From an uncultured Actinomycetes bacterium (GTDB taxonomy: Bacteria > Actinomycetota > Acidimicrobiia > Spongiisociales > DATADW01), in assembly GCA_963824995.1 (NCBI GenBank), contig CAWGRK010000002.1, forward strand, positions 1-64,000: 64,000 bases of DNA, in the 5' to 3' direction. Made by a program: the position numbers and the translations under genes. Positions 9,876-19,046 of the stretch are shown here, piece after piece. The notes under the pieces were generated by a model, which made no database searches, had not been told where the DNA came from, and worked only from the letters and a program-made list of their open reading frames with translations. Within the stretch, counting starts at the first letter, position 1; the number at the start of each line of letters is the position of its first letter.

Positions 9876-11465
9876 CTAGATGTGGACGGGAGCTTCCTCG
9901 AGTGCGGCCCGCGCTTCGGCGAGCAGCGTCTTCTCTGCACGCTGGTAAGTCGCCTCGGCCTCGGCAGGCGTGTTCCCCACAGCCGTCATTCCCACCCGAC
10001 CATGCTCCGTGACGCAGCTCATCATGTGGAACACGACTCCCACCTGGCGCGCCTGGTCGAAGTGCAGGCGGTTCCGTGCGACGATGTCGAAGAGATCGTC
10101 GGTGGTTAGCGCCCGCAGGCTCTCCGCCTCCAGATGATCCGTCGCCACCAAGTGCTTCTCATCACCCCCAGGGGTCATGAAGAGTCCGCTCGGTCCGTCG
10201 TACCGGCCGTCGGTGAGGAACTGCAGCGTCAGGAAAGGATGCGTCGTGCCGCCCTTGCGGAGGTTCAGCTCGATGGCGTACGAACTCCATTCGCCGGCGG
10301 CGTTGCGGACTGACACGAAGTCAATGGCGAAGCGCCCGATCACCCCCTCGCGAGCAAGACGCGCACCGATGACCTTCGCCTCGTCACTTATCGCGACCGC
10401 GTAACCGAAATCGGCTGGGAACCGGCAGCCGAGATAGCTCTGCCCGCTCGGTCCTCCGAGCACCTGGTCGTGGGTCGACAACAACTCGACCTCGCCCGCC
10501 GGCGTCACCCGGAGCTGCACGCTCGGGCTTCGCAGCTCAACGCCGGCGATCAGTTCCTCGACGATGCCGCCCCGCTCGGCGAGCTTGGCCAGGTATGGCT
10601 CGAGCAGAATGTCAGGGCTCTCGAACCGCATTTGGCGCAGGCGCGCCATGATCTCGACGCGCTCCTGCGGGCCGCCGGACTCGGGAAGACCGCGGAAGTC
10701 CACCTGCGCATTGCCCTTACCGGAGACACCCTCGTTGAGCTTGACAATCACGTCGGTGATGGCGGACCGTTGCCGCCTCATCGAGACCACAGCTTCCACG
10801 ACGTCATCGAGATTGTGCACATCCTCTTGCCCGAGAGGATGGCGAACCCCCTCTTCGGCGAAGAGCCGCCGGCAGCCGGTCTTCGTGCCGAGGTGCACCA
10901 ACCGGGGATCTGCACCGTACATGGGTATCCCAAGGGCGACGGCGATGTCGCGCTCGAGCTCGGTGGTGTTGTACGGGACGAGGTGGGAGAGCGATGGGTC
11001 CGGGATGAGTGCGGCGATCCGGCGGAGTAGTCGCGGTCGCTCGAGCAACTTTTCGCTGAGCGATCGGGGGGTGCTGTCGCCAACGGAGACGAGGGTCAGG
11101 CGGGCGCGGGCATGGCTGGGAATGACGCCAGGGAGCAGCGCCAGGTAATACTCGATGATCGTCGGCGCGATCGGTGTCGATGTGACGTACACCATGCGCA
11201 GCCGCGGCTCGCGCAGCAGCAGAAGCAGAAAGAGGAACCGCTCCTCGTAGGCCTGTGTCATGCTGCCGCTGCCACCGCTGAGACGATCGAGTGTCACCGA
11301 CGGGATGACCACCACCGACTCGTTCTCGAGGTTGAGGCGCATCGCGTCCCACACCGCCGGCAGGTTGCGCTGAAGGCGATCGAAGATCTCGTATCGCTGC
11401 TCATTGTTGAGGTCGGACAGGTTGACCGTCTGGTTCCCGAGCGCAGCCGTATCAATCGTGCTCAT
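9876..11465 (-). CDS. PGM1-related ATP-grasp peptide ligase
   Basis: AYEERFLFLLLLLREPRLRMVYVTS pre-ATP-grasp segment, VKLNEGVSGKGNA, SPSVQ, STHDQVLGG, IELNLRKGGTTHP. Confidence 0.85.
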   Translation of the reverse strand: MSTIDTAALGNQTVNLSDLNNEQRYEIFDRLQRNLPAVWDAMRLNLENESVVVIPSVTLDRLSGGSGSMTQAYEERFLFLLLLLREPRLRMVYVTSTPIAPTIIEYYLALLPGVIPSHARARLTLVSVGDSTPRSLSEKLLERPRLLRRIAALIPDPSLSHLVPYNTTELERDIAVALGIPMYGADPRLVHLGTKTGCRRLFAEEGVRHPLGQEDVHNLDDVVEAVVSMRRQRSAITDVIVKLNEGVSGKGNAQVDFRGLPESGGPQERVEIMARLRQMRFESPDILLEPYLAKLAERGGIVEELIAGVELRSPSVQLRVTPAGEVELLSTHDQVLGGPSGQSYLGCRFPADFGYAVAISDEAKVIGARLAREGVIGRFAIDFVSVRNAAGEWSSYAIELNLRKGGTTHPFLTLQFLTDGRYDGPSGLFMTPGGDEKHLVATDHLEAESLRALTTDDLFDIVARNRLHFDQARQVGVVFHMMSCVTEHGRVGMTAVGNTPAEAEATYQRAEKTLLAEARAALEEAPVHI

Positions 11466-12607
11466 GGTGTGATTCGAGCGGTGTCGACGCCCTTCACATC
11501 GAACGCCCGCACCGGCCGGCTGAAGCCGGCCAGTTCCAGATCGCCGGCCGGCGTGCTGACGACGAATTCCTCTGCGCTGGTGAGCACGCGCTGGGTGACG
11601 AGGATTTGCCACGGCTGCGCCACGGCGCAAAGCCGAGCGGCGAGGTTGACGACGCTGCCGATGGCGGTGTAGTCGAAGCGGCCCTCGAACCCGATTCGGC
11701 CCAGGGTCGCGTATCCCTGCGCGATGCCGACGCCGAAGGCGAGATCGTGTCCATGACGTGACCAGGTGGCAGCGAGATCACGCACTCTGGTCCGCATGGA
11801 GACGGCCATGCGGATGGCTCGCAAGCCCGGGTCTTCACACGGTATTGGGTCGTTGAATACGACCATAAGACCGTCACCGGTGAACCGTTCCAGGGTGCCC
11901 TCGAATCGGAAGACCAAGTCGCCAAGCGCGGCGTGATAGTCGGCCAGCACACCCATGATCTCTTCGGGCTCGGCGGACTCGGCAAACGCGGTGAAATGCC
12001 GGAGGTCGCAGAAGACGACGACGATCTCGCGGCGGTGACTCTCCAGGAACGACTCATCTCCAGAGTCCAGGATCATCTCGGCCATCTGCGGGGGGAGGAA
12101 ACGCCGCAGACGCGTGGCCCGTTCGAGCTCCGCGACCTGTGCTTGGACGCGTTCTTCCAGCTGACGATTCCACGTCTCCAACTCTTCGGACTGACGGCGA
12201 ATCGTGTCTTGATAGTTCTTGACTCGAACCAGTGACTTGACCCTGGCAAGCAACTCGGCCTGATCGAAGGGTTTGGTGATGAAGTCGTCGGCCCCGGCCT
12301 CGATGGCGCGTACCTTCTGCTGGGCCTCGCTCGCGGTGACCATCACCACCGGCAGAAAGGCGGTGTCGGGGTTCTCGCGGATCCGCCGGCACACCTCGTA
12401 GCCGTCCATGCCAGGCATCAGGATGTCCAGCAGGACAAGGTGCGGCTGCTCCGCACGCAGCAGATCCAATGCCTCCTCTCCAGAGGAGGCACTCAGCACC
12501 CGATAGCCGCGCGGGCTCAGTACCGCGTCGAGCAGGCGGACGTTCTGCGGCTGGTCGTCGACGACGAGGATCGTCGTCTCGTCAGTCATGTCAGGCATGT
12601 CAGTCAT
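11462..12607 (-). CDS. Response regulator receiver fused to class III adenylate/guanylate cyclase
   Basis: REC (VVDD, LLDILMP, KP) + FCDLRHFT, ERFTGDG, VNLAARL. Confidence 0.93.
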   Translation of the reverse strand: MTDMPDMTDETTILVVDDQPQNVRLLDAVLSPRGYRVLSASSGEEALDLLRAEQPHLVLLDILMPGMDGYEVCRRIRENPDTAFLPVVMVTASEAQQKVRAIEAGADDFITKPFDQAELLARVKSLVRVKNYQDTIRRQSEELETWNRQLEERVQAQVAELERATRLRRFLPPQMAEMILDSGDESFLESHRREIVVVFCDLRHFTAFAESAEPEEIMGVLADYHAALGDLVFRFEGTLERFTGDGLMVVFNDPIPCEDPGLRAIRMAVSMRTRVRDLAATWSRHGHDLAFGVGIAQGYATLGRIGFEGRFDYTAIGSVVNLAARLCAVAQPWQILVTQRVLTSAEEFVVSTPAGDLELAGFSRPVRAFDVKGVDTARITP

Positions 12608-12987
12608 GGTGATCCTGCAGGCAGGAAGCTGCGCACCTGCCCTGGTAGCTCGCGGACACCGAAAGGCTTCACCAGATACCCGTCGAAGCCGGCCCGAAGC
12701 ACTCGCTCTTGATCCTCCCGCATGGCGAACGCCGTGACCGCGACCACGGGAACGTCCTGGGTCAGGGGACTGGCCCGCAACTGCCGCAATGCTTCGATGC
12801 CATCGATGCCCGGCAGTTGGAGGTCCATGAGGACGAGGTCCGGAAGGCACTCCGCTGCGAGCTCGACACCCTGCTCGCCTGTTCGTGCCTCGACCACCTC
12901 GTAGCCGGCGTAGCCGAGGACGTCGCGGACGAGCTTGAGGTTCAGCTCGTTGTCCTCGACTACGAGGATGCGGTGGCAGTCGCTCAT
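12604..12987 (-). CDS. Single-domain response regulator (DivK/CheY-like)
   Basis: VVEDNELN, LMDLQLPGIDG, TAFAM, KP. Confidence 0.93.
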   Translation of the reverse strand: MSDCHRILVVEDNELNLKLVRDVLGYAGYEVVEARTGEQGVELAAECLPDLVLMDLQLPGIDGIEALRQLRASPLTQDVPVVAVTAFAMREDQERVLRAGFDGYLVKPFGVRELPGQVRSFLPAGSP

Positions 12988-15269
12988 CGACGGTCCTCCG
13001 ACTCGAGCGCCCGCGCCGACGCGCCAAGCGGTTCCGGGATCACCCGAGCTCGGGCCAGCGCGGCTAACAGGTGATCGCGGCTGACGGGCTTGACGAGATA
13101 ATCGGTGGCGCCGAGCGAGAGGCCCTTCGCTCGCTCGTCGACAATCGACACGACGATCACGGGGATTGAAGCGGTCTCGGGGTCACGCTTGAGGGTGGCA
13201 AGGACGTCCCAGCCGTTGACGAGCGGCAGCAGGATGTCGAGGACGACTGCCACCGGCTTCATGCGGCGTATGGCTTCCAACCCGCTTGGCCCATCCTGCG
13301 CACTCGAGACCTTGAAGCCGGCACTCTCGAGGTAGACGGTCAGCAAGTCGGTGGATGGACGATCGTCATCGATCACCACGACCGTCGCCGAGCCCAACTC
13401 GACAGGTGCTCTCGACGGGCCACCGTCCGGCAGTGGCTGCGGTCCCGTGGGGACCGTGAACCCGAACGTGCTACCGACGCCCAACTCGCTGTCGAGCCAC
13501 ATCTGGCCACCCATCAGCCCGACGATGCGCCGGGACAACGTGAGTCCCAGGCCCGTGCCCTCCTGGGCGAGAGCACCGCGCGACCCCTGCTGGAACGACT
13601 CGAAAATACGCTCGCAGTCCTCCGGTGCAACACCGACGCCTGTGTCGGCGACAGTGATCACGAAGTCGTCTCCCTCGACCTTCGCCGCAACGACGATCTC
13701 GCCGCCATCGGGCGTGAATTTCACTGCGTTGCTGAGCAGATTGAGCACCACCTGCTTGAACCGCAGCTCATCGGTCTCTATGGCGCCGACCTCCGGGTCG
13801 ACGTCGAGGATCAGGGCGAGGCCATGCGCAGCGGCCCGTTCACGGATCATCGAGAGCCCATACTCGAGCGCATCGGGTACAGAGAACGTGACTTTCTCCA
13901 TTTCCATACGCCCGGCCTCGACCTTGGACAGGTCCAGGATCTCGCTGAGAAGTGCCAGGAGGTGCTTTCCAGAGCTCCAGATGTCGCGGAGGTACTCCTC
14001 TTGGCGATCGTTGATCTCACCGAACATGCGGTCGAGCAGCACCTCCGAAAACCCGATCACGGCGTTGAGGGGGGTCCGCAGCTCGTGCGACATGCTGGCG
14101 AGGAACTCCGACTTGTGGCGGCTGACCACCTCCAACTCGGTGGACTTGCGTTCAAGCTCTCGAAACAGCCGAGCGTTGAGGATCGCCAACGCCGACTGGC
14201 CGGCGAACGTCTGGAGCAGTTCTTCGGTCTCTTCAGGGAAGTCGCCGGCCCGCTTTCGCCGCACGACGAACACACCCACGATCTGTCCCTCGCGGAGCAT
14301 CGGTATCGCCAGCATCGACCGCCAGCCCGCGTCATAGAGAACCTGCTGATGAACGTCCAGGCTCAAGCCGTGCATGTCTGCGATCTGAATCGGCCGCGCC
14401 TCGAACGTGGCGCGGCCGACGAAGGTGCCGTGCAGCGAGATAGTCACGTTCCGGAGCTGCTCGAGCACCGCGTCGCTAGTCCCGTAGGCAGTCCGCACGA
14501 AGAAGCTCTCTTGGGCCTCGTCGAACTCCATCAACGAGCCCCCGTCGGTGCCGGACAGCTGCACTGCGTGCATCACGATCGTCGAGAGCACCGTGTCGAG
14601 GTCCAGGCTGGAGCTCACCGCCTCCCCGACCTGGCCCAGCGCCTCCAACTGACCCACCTTGCGGGCTAGCTCGGCGCGACGACCCTCGAGGGCGCGGATG
14701 AGATCCAGGTTGCGGACGGCGATGGCCGCCGCCGCGGCGAACGCGGTAAGGAGCGCGGTTGCGCGCTCATCGAAGGGGTCGACCTCGGTACGCCAAACCA
14801 ACAGAACGCCGACGACGTCCTCGTCGAGCAGCATCGGTGCGCCCATGATCGTGCGAAAGCCCGCAATCCGCTGGTCGTCCTGGCGGCCGTAGCTGGGGTC
14901 GGCGAGCACGTCGGGGATCTGCGTAGTGCGCCGGTCGAGACTGACGCGGCCGGTGAGCGAGCCGCGGTCGCGGAGGACGGGGTGATCCGTCATGTGCTCG
15001 ACAAAGCTGGGGGACAGTCCCGACGAGCGAGCGAGGCGGTATACCGGTCCGTCGACCAGATTTAGCTGCACACCGTCTGCGCGGCACAGCTTTCGGGCGC
15101 TGTCGACGATGGTCCCGAGAACCAGGTCGAGGTCAGAAGCGGACCTTCCCATCGCGGTGAGCACCTCGTTGGTAGCCACGATCTGCTCTCGAGCATCGAC
15201 GAGATCCCGTCGCAGCTGTTCGATCTCGGACGCGTCGACCACGCTGCCGCCGAGACCCTCCGACATCAT
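12984..15269 (-). CDS. Soluble GAF-GAF hybrid histidine kinase with C-terminal receiver
   Basis: Two GAF-like domains, H-box MSHELRTPLN, N-box NLLSNAVKFT, DTGVG, GTGLGL, REC domain; no TM segment. Confidence 0.94.
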   Translation of the reverse strand: MMSEGLGGSVVDASEIEQLRRDLVDAREQIVATNEVLTAMGRSASDLDLVLGTIVDSARKLCRADGVQLNLVDGPVYRLARSSGLSPSFVEHMTDHPVLRDRGSLTGRVSLDRRTTQIPDVLADPSYGRQDDQRIAGFRTIMGAPMLLDEDVVGVLLVWRTEVDPFDERATALLTAFAAAAAIAVRNLDLIRALEGRRAELARKVGQLEALGQVGEAVSSSLDLDTVLSTIVMHAVQLSGTDGGSLMEFDEAQESFFVRTAYGTSDAVLEQLRNVTISLHGTFVGRATFEARPIQIADMHGLSLDVHQQVLYDAGWRSMLAIPMLREGQIVGVFVVRRKRAGDFPEETEELLQTFAGQSALAILNARLFRELERKSTELEVVSRHKSEFLASMSHELRTPLNAVIGFSEVLLDRMFGEINDRQEEYLRDIWSSGKHLLALLSEILDLSKVEAGRMEMEKVTFSVPDALEYGLSMIRERAAAHGLALILDVDPEVGAIETDELRFKQVVLNLLSNAVKFTPDGGEIVVAAKVEGDDFVITVADTGVGVAPEDCERIFESFQQGSRGALAQEGTGLGLTLSRRIVGLMGGQMWLDSELGVGSTFGFTVPTGPQPLPDGGPSRAPVELGSATVVVIDDDRPSTDLLTVYLESAGFKVSSAQDGPSGLEAIRRMKPVAVVLDILLPLVNGWDVLATLKRDPETASIPVIVVSIVDERAKGLSLGATDYLVKPVSRDHLLAALARARVIPEPLGASARALESEDRR

Positions 15270-15770
15270 GGCCCCCCGATCGCAAGCCCCCAGCCGGACA
15301 ACAGCCCAGCGACAGCCATCATCATTCTCCCTCGGTCCACTGAACGTCAGCGGACCGCGTCAGCTTGACACTAGGTCGTTGGCTCAGAGGGCGTTGGCGG
15401 AACGGCGCCGTCGGCGACAGCGATGCCAGCGTGGCGCAAAATTCCAACAAGTTGGGAGGCGGTCGGTGGGTGCCCGTCGCCCGCGCGGGCCGTCGGCGCC
15501 CGGTCCGGTTGGTCGTGCCCACGCCAGGTGCTTATAGGCCCCCGCTCGATTAGCGGGGTTTGGCGAGCGCTCGAGGTGTAGGGTCGCGGGGATGGGTCCC
15601 GTCTGTGGCCCCTCCGATTATTGGAGTGTGCCGGTTGCGAAAGCGGAAGCGGCATACGTACTGGCGCCTCGCGGCCTCACCCCGGGTAGTCCCGTTACAT
15701 CGGCGACCGAGATCCAACCAAGCTGACCCTCCAGACGCAACGAGACCCGGGACACCTATGGAGGTAGACG

Positions 15771-16160
15771 ATGAGCCACCCCTACGAAGAACTGGTTCAC
15801 CGCGGTTATGACGCTCTTGCTAGCGGTGACATGACGCCATTTCAGGAACTGCTCGATCCGGACGTGGTCTGGCACGTTCCCGGTAACAACCCCACGGCAG
15901 GGGAGTACCACGGGATCGAAGGGGTTATGACGTTCATCGCCGAGGCCTTTCAACGAACCGAGGGGAACATGCGCTTCGAGCTGCACGACGTACTCGCCAA
16001 CGACGAGCACGCCGTCGCCTTGCAGCACCTCTCCGCAACGAGAGGTGATCGGACGCTCGACGCCCACGACGTGGTCGTGTACCACGTCCGTGATGGCAAG
16101 GCGACCGAAATCTGGTTCCATTCCGGCGACCAAGCCGCCCACGACGCCTTCTGGTCTTGA
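15771..16160 (+). CDS. SnoaL-like / NTF2-fold protein
   Basis: Y.AL..GD....ELLDPDVVWHVPG..P.AG.Y.G pattern; SD GGAGG. Confidence 0.85.
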   Translation: MSHPYEELVHRGYDALASGDMTPFQELLDPDVVWHVPGNNPTAGEYHGIEGVMTFIAEAFQRTEGNMRFELHDVLANDEHAVALQHLSATRGDRTLDAHDVVVYHVRDGKATEIWFHSGDQAAHDAFWS

Positions 16161-16170
16161 GCCCGTTGGG

Positions 16171-16725
16171 TTAGTCGGCTGACGACCTGAAACGACTCAT
16201 GTAGCCCTGTTCGGCGAGGCGCCTTCCGATCTGGTCGTAGGCCTCGTCCTCGGTTGGCGTGATCGCCGCAAGCCCGTCGACGTACCGATTGGCCATCGAG
16301 AAGAAGGCGGCTACCAGCACCGCGTCATGGATGTCCTCGTCGCCGGCGCCGGCCGCCCGGGCCTGCGCAACATCTTCGGGGGTTACCTCGAGACCGGAGC
16401 GCTGCACTTTGGCGGCGATATTGAGCAGCGCCTTCATCTTGTCTGTCACCGGCGAGGACTCCGGATCGGAAACCACACTCCACACCGCCTCGTAGTCCCC
16501 GTCCATCAGGTGCGCCGCGGTCGCGGCGTGCGAGTGGGCACAGTAGAAGCACTCGTTACGTGACGACACGAGCACCGCGACCATCTCTCGCTCCGATTCG
16601 CTGAGTGGTGACGGTCCCCGCAGGATCTGTTCGGCCAGCTCGCTGAACTTGAGACCAGTTGAAGGCTTGTAGAGCAAAAGGCCGCCCATTCCGGGCACCT
16701 CTTCCGAGACAGAGATGTGGGGCAC
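16171..16725 (-). CDS. AhpD/carboxymuconolactone decarboxylase-family peroxidase-related protein
   Basis: EREMVAVLVSSRNECFYCAHSH (CxxC-H). Confidence 0.88.
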   Translation of the reverse strand: MPHISVSEEVPGMGGLLLYKPSTGLKFSELAEQILRGPSPLSESEREMVAVLVSSRNECFYCAHSHAATAAHLMDGDYEAVWSVVSDPESSPVTDKMKALLNIAAKVQRSGLEVTPEDVAQARAAGAGDEDIHDAVLVAAFFSMANRYVDGLAAITPTEDEAYDQIGRRLAEQGYMSRFRSSAD

Positions 16726-16878
16726 GCAGGCTCCTTCGTGTCGTGCTGCCTGGCTCCGGCATAGCCTGACAGCGGGTGAGCGTACCCGTGGTCTGAGGCG
16801 GTATCGCCTACCGAGACCCTTGTGTCAACTCGATGGGTGGAGGTGCCTGGCCGACCCAGTATCCGACTCAATGGGCGT

Positions 16879-17118
16879 CTAGTCGTCGGAGTCGAGGATC
16901 TTGTCGGCCTTGCGGTCGATCCGCTCTTTTTGAGCCTTGGTCAGATTCCCTGCTTCATACTGCTGAGTGGACCGGGCTTTGGCGTTGGCAGCATGCGACT
17001 TGTCCGGCATGGGGTAGTTGCCGGTTTCCTTCTTCGCCTCGTCTGACCTGGCCCTTTCGGGTAGGCCGAACTCCTTCGCCGGGAGCTTGGCCCGCTTCTT
17101 CTCGCTGAGCTCTGACAT
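16879..17118 (-). CDS. Small basic DUF6582-like protein (79 aa)
   Basis: SD GGAGG before ATG 17118; LSEKKRAKLP..EFGLP...YPMPDKSHAANAKAR motif; family recognised from recall. Confidence 0.7.
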   Translation of the reverse strand: MSELSEKKRAKLPAKEFGLPERARSDEAKKETGNYPMPDKSHAANAKARSTQQYEAGNLTKAQKERIDRKADKILDSDD

Positions 17119-17142
17119 ACGGCCTCCTTGGTCAATTACGAG

Positions 17143-17168
17143 ATACCCGTCCACGTCATACTCCAATC
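17143..17168 (-). promoter_or_regulatory. SigB/SigF-type promoter candidate
   Basis: GATT-N16-GGGTAT upstream of the small DUF6582-like gene. Confidence 0.45.
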
Positions 17169-17179
17169 GTGAGATTGGC

Positions 17180-18433
17180 TCATCGTCCAGGGCGCAGGGC
17201 CGCTGCCATCGAGTTCAGATAGCGCCGCACGGGGAAGCTCATTGCCCCGGCGGCGGCTTCCTCGAAGCACATCCGAGCCGCTTCCCGTTCCCCGGCCATG
17301 TCCAGCAGATGTGCCCGCACCGCGTGGAGGCGATGGTCCCGGGAAATGCGCTCGTCATCACCCAACGCATCGACCAAGGCAAGCCCGGACCGTGGTCCGT
17401 CGACCATGGAAACGGCAACCGCGTGGTTCAACGCCATCATCGGGTTGTTGGAGAGGTCCATGAGCACCTCATACAGCTTCACGATCTGCGGCCAGTCGGT
17501 CTCCTCGGCGCTGCGTGCCTCGTCGTGGACGGCGGCGATCGCCGCTTGGAGTTGGTAGGGCCCAGTCGGTCCCACAGGAAGTGCTTTCGTGATCAGGGCG
17601 ACTCCCTCGGCGATGGCGTCGGTGTCCCAGGCGGTCCGATCCTGATCCGCCATCGGTATCAAGGCACCGTCCCTCCCGAGGCGCGCCGGCCGCCTGGCGT
17701 CGGTGAGGAGCATCAAGGCGAGCAGACCGGTCACCTCGCCGTCGTCGGGTAGAGCATGGTGGACAATTCGGGTGAGCCGGATTGCCTCGGCAGACAGGTC
17801 CGCCCGATAGAGACTCGGGCCCGACGTGGCGGCGTAACCCTCGTTGAATATCAGATAGAGGGTATGGAGTACCGCGCCAAGCCGCTCACCACGATTCTCG
17901 ACCGGGGGAAGACCGAAGGGGATTCCGCTATCTCTTATCTGCTGTTTCGCCCTGGTGATGCGCCGGGTCATGGTGGGTTCGGGAACCAGGAACGCTCGTG
18001 CGATTTCGGCGGTGGTGAGACCCCCTACCGCACGCATGGTCAGCGCAATCTGTGACATCGGAGAGAGCGACGGATGACAGCAAAGTAAGAGCAGGATCAG
18101 ACTGTCGTCGGATTGGGCATCCTCGTCTGCCGCCGGCATCCGCCAATGGTCCGGCACCGTCCACCGGGCGACTTTGTCCTCGCGGCGCTGGCGAGCCTGC
18201 CTTGAACGAAGCAAATCGGTGAGGCGGCGTGATGCGACCGTGATCAGCCAGGCGCGAGGGTTGTCAGGTGTCCCCTGCTCCGGCCACTGCTGGGAGGCGG
18301 CGATGAGCGCCTCCTGGACGGCGTCCTCCGCCAGGTCGAAATTGCCGTAGCGCCGCGTCAAGGCGCCGAGGACCTGCGGCGCCAAGGTTCGCAGCAGGTC
18401 CTCGATCGTTCCGGCGGTTGGGGCGATTGTCAC
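17180..18433 (-). CDS. ECF sigma factor with long C-terminal extension (DUF6596/TPR; ECF42-like)
   Basis: AEDAVQEALIAA..QWP, LLCCHPSLS, GGLTTAEIARAFLV, YLIFNEGY, GPYQLQAAIAAVH; coupled to YciI gene. Confidence 0.9.
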   Translation of the reverse strand: MTIAPTAGTIEDLLRTLAPQVLGALTRRYGNFDLAEDAVQEALIAASQQWPEQGTPDNPRAWLITVASRRLTDLLRSRQARQRREDKVARWTVPDHWRMPAADEDAQSDDSLILLLLCCHPSLSPMSQIALTMRAVGGLTTAEIARAFLVPEPTMTRRITRAKQQIRDSGIPFGLPPVENRGERLGAVLHTLYLIFNEGYAATSGPSLYRADLSAEAIRLTRIVHHALPDDGEVTGLLALMLLTDARRPARLGRDGALIPMADQDRTAWDTDAIAEGVALITKALPVGPTGPYQLQAAIAAVHDEARSAEETDWPQIVKLYEVLMDLSNNPMMALNHAVAVSMVDGPRSGLALVDALGDDERISRDHRLHAVRAHLLDMAGEREAARMCFEEAAAGAMSFPVRRYLNSMAAALRPGR

Positions 18434-18843
18434 GCCTCCAGATCGGCGATTCCGTCGATGATCGGACGCACCTCGACATACGCTCCGTCGACATCACCCG
18501 GTCCCGGGCTCTTGGTGATACGCGATGCGATCTCGGTCGCCCGGTCGAAGCTGTCGCATTCGACGATCGTGTACCCGGCGAGTACCTCCTGGGTCTCGGG
18601 GTAAGGCCCGTCCGTCACCACGGGTACACCCTTCTCCAATCCCTGGATCCGCCTGGTGTGAACCGGGGCGGCCAAGCCGTGGGCGTCGACGAACTCGCCC
18701 GATTCGACCAGGTCGTTGTTCCACGTCGCCATGAACTCGTGCATCGCCGCCACGTCGTCCGATGACCAAGCGTGATCCGCCGGCTTCCCCGCCATCCGGT
18801 CGTAGTCCTGTTGCGAGGCGTAGAGCAGGATCATGTACTTCAC
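18430..18843 (-). CDS. YciI/DGPF-family protein
   Basis: KYMILLY, VTDGPYPETQEVLAGY, VEVRP; overlaps the sigma start. Confidence 0.9.
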   Translation of the reverse strand: MKYMILLYASQQDYDRMAGKPADHAWSSDDVAAMHEFMATWNNDLVESGEFVDAHGLAAPVHTRRIQGLEKGVPVVTDGPYPETQEVLAGYTIVECDSFDRATEIASRITKSPGPGDVDGAYVEVRPIIDGIADLEA

Positions 18844-18990
18844 GGTCTCTCCTTCCTCTCCCGGCGCCTTCTTGGCGCCGATCACCGGAGACGTCGAATC
18901 TGACCTCCGGTACCGGACACGTTCGCGGAGATTGCTTCGGAATCCCTCGGCAGGTCCATGACCGACAACAGAACTGTATGAGATTCCCCG

Positions 18991-19015
18991 GTTTGGCTCG
19001 CTTGGTGGTGGGTAC
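18991..19015 (+). promoter_or_regulatory. SigB/SigF-type promoter candidate
   Basis: GTTTGG-N13-GGGTAC about 30 nt upstream of ATG 19047. Confidence 0.5.
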
Positions 19016-19046
19016 AGAGCGTTCCCCGCCTACCAAGGGAGTTGCA

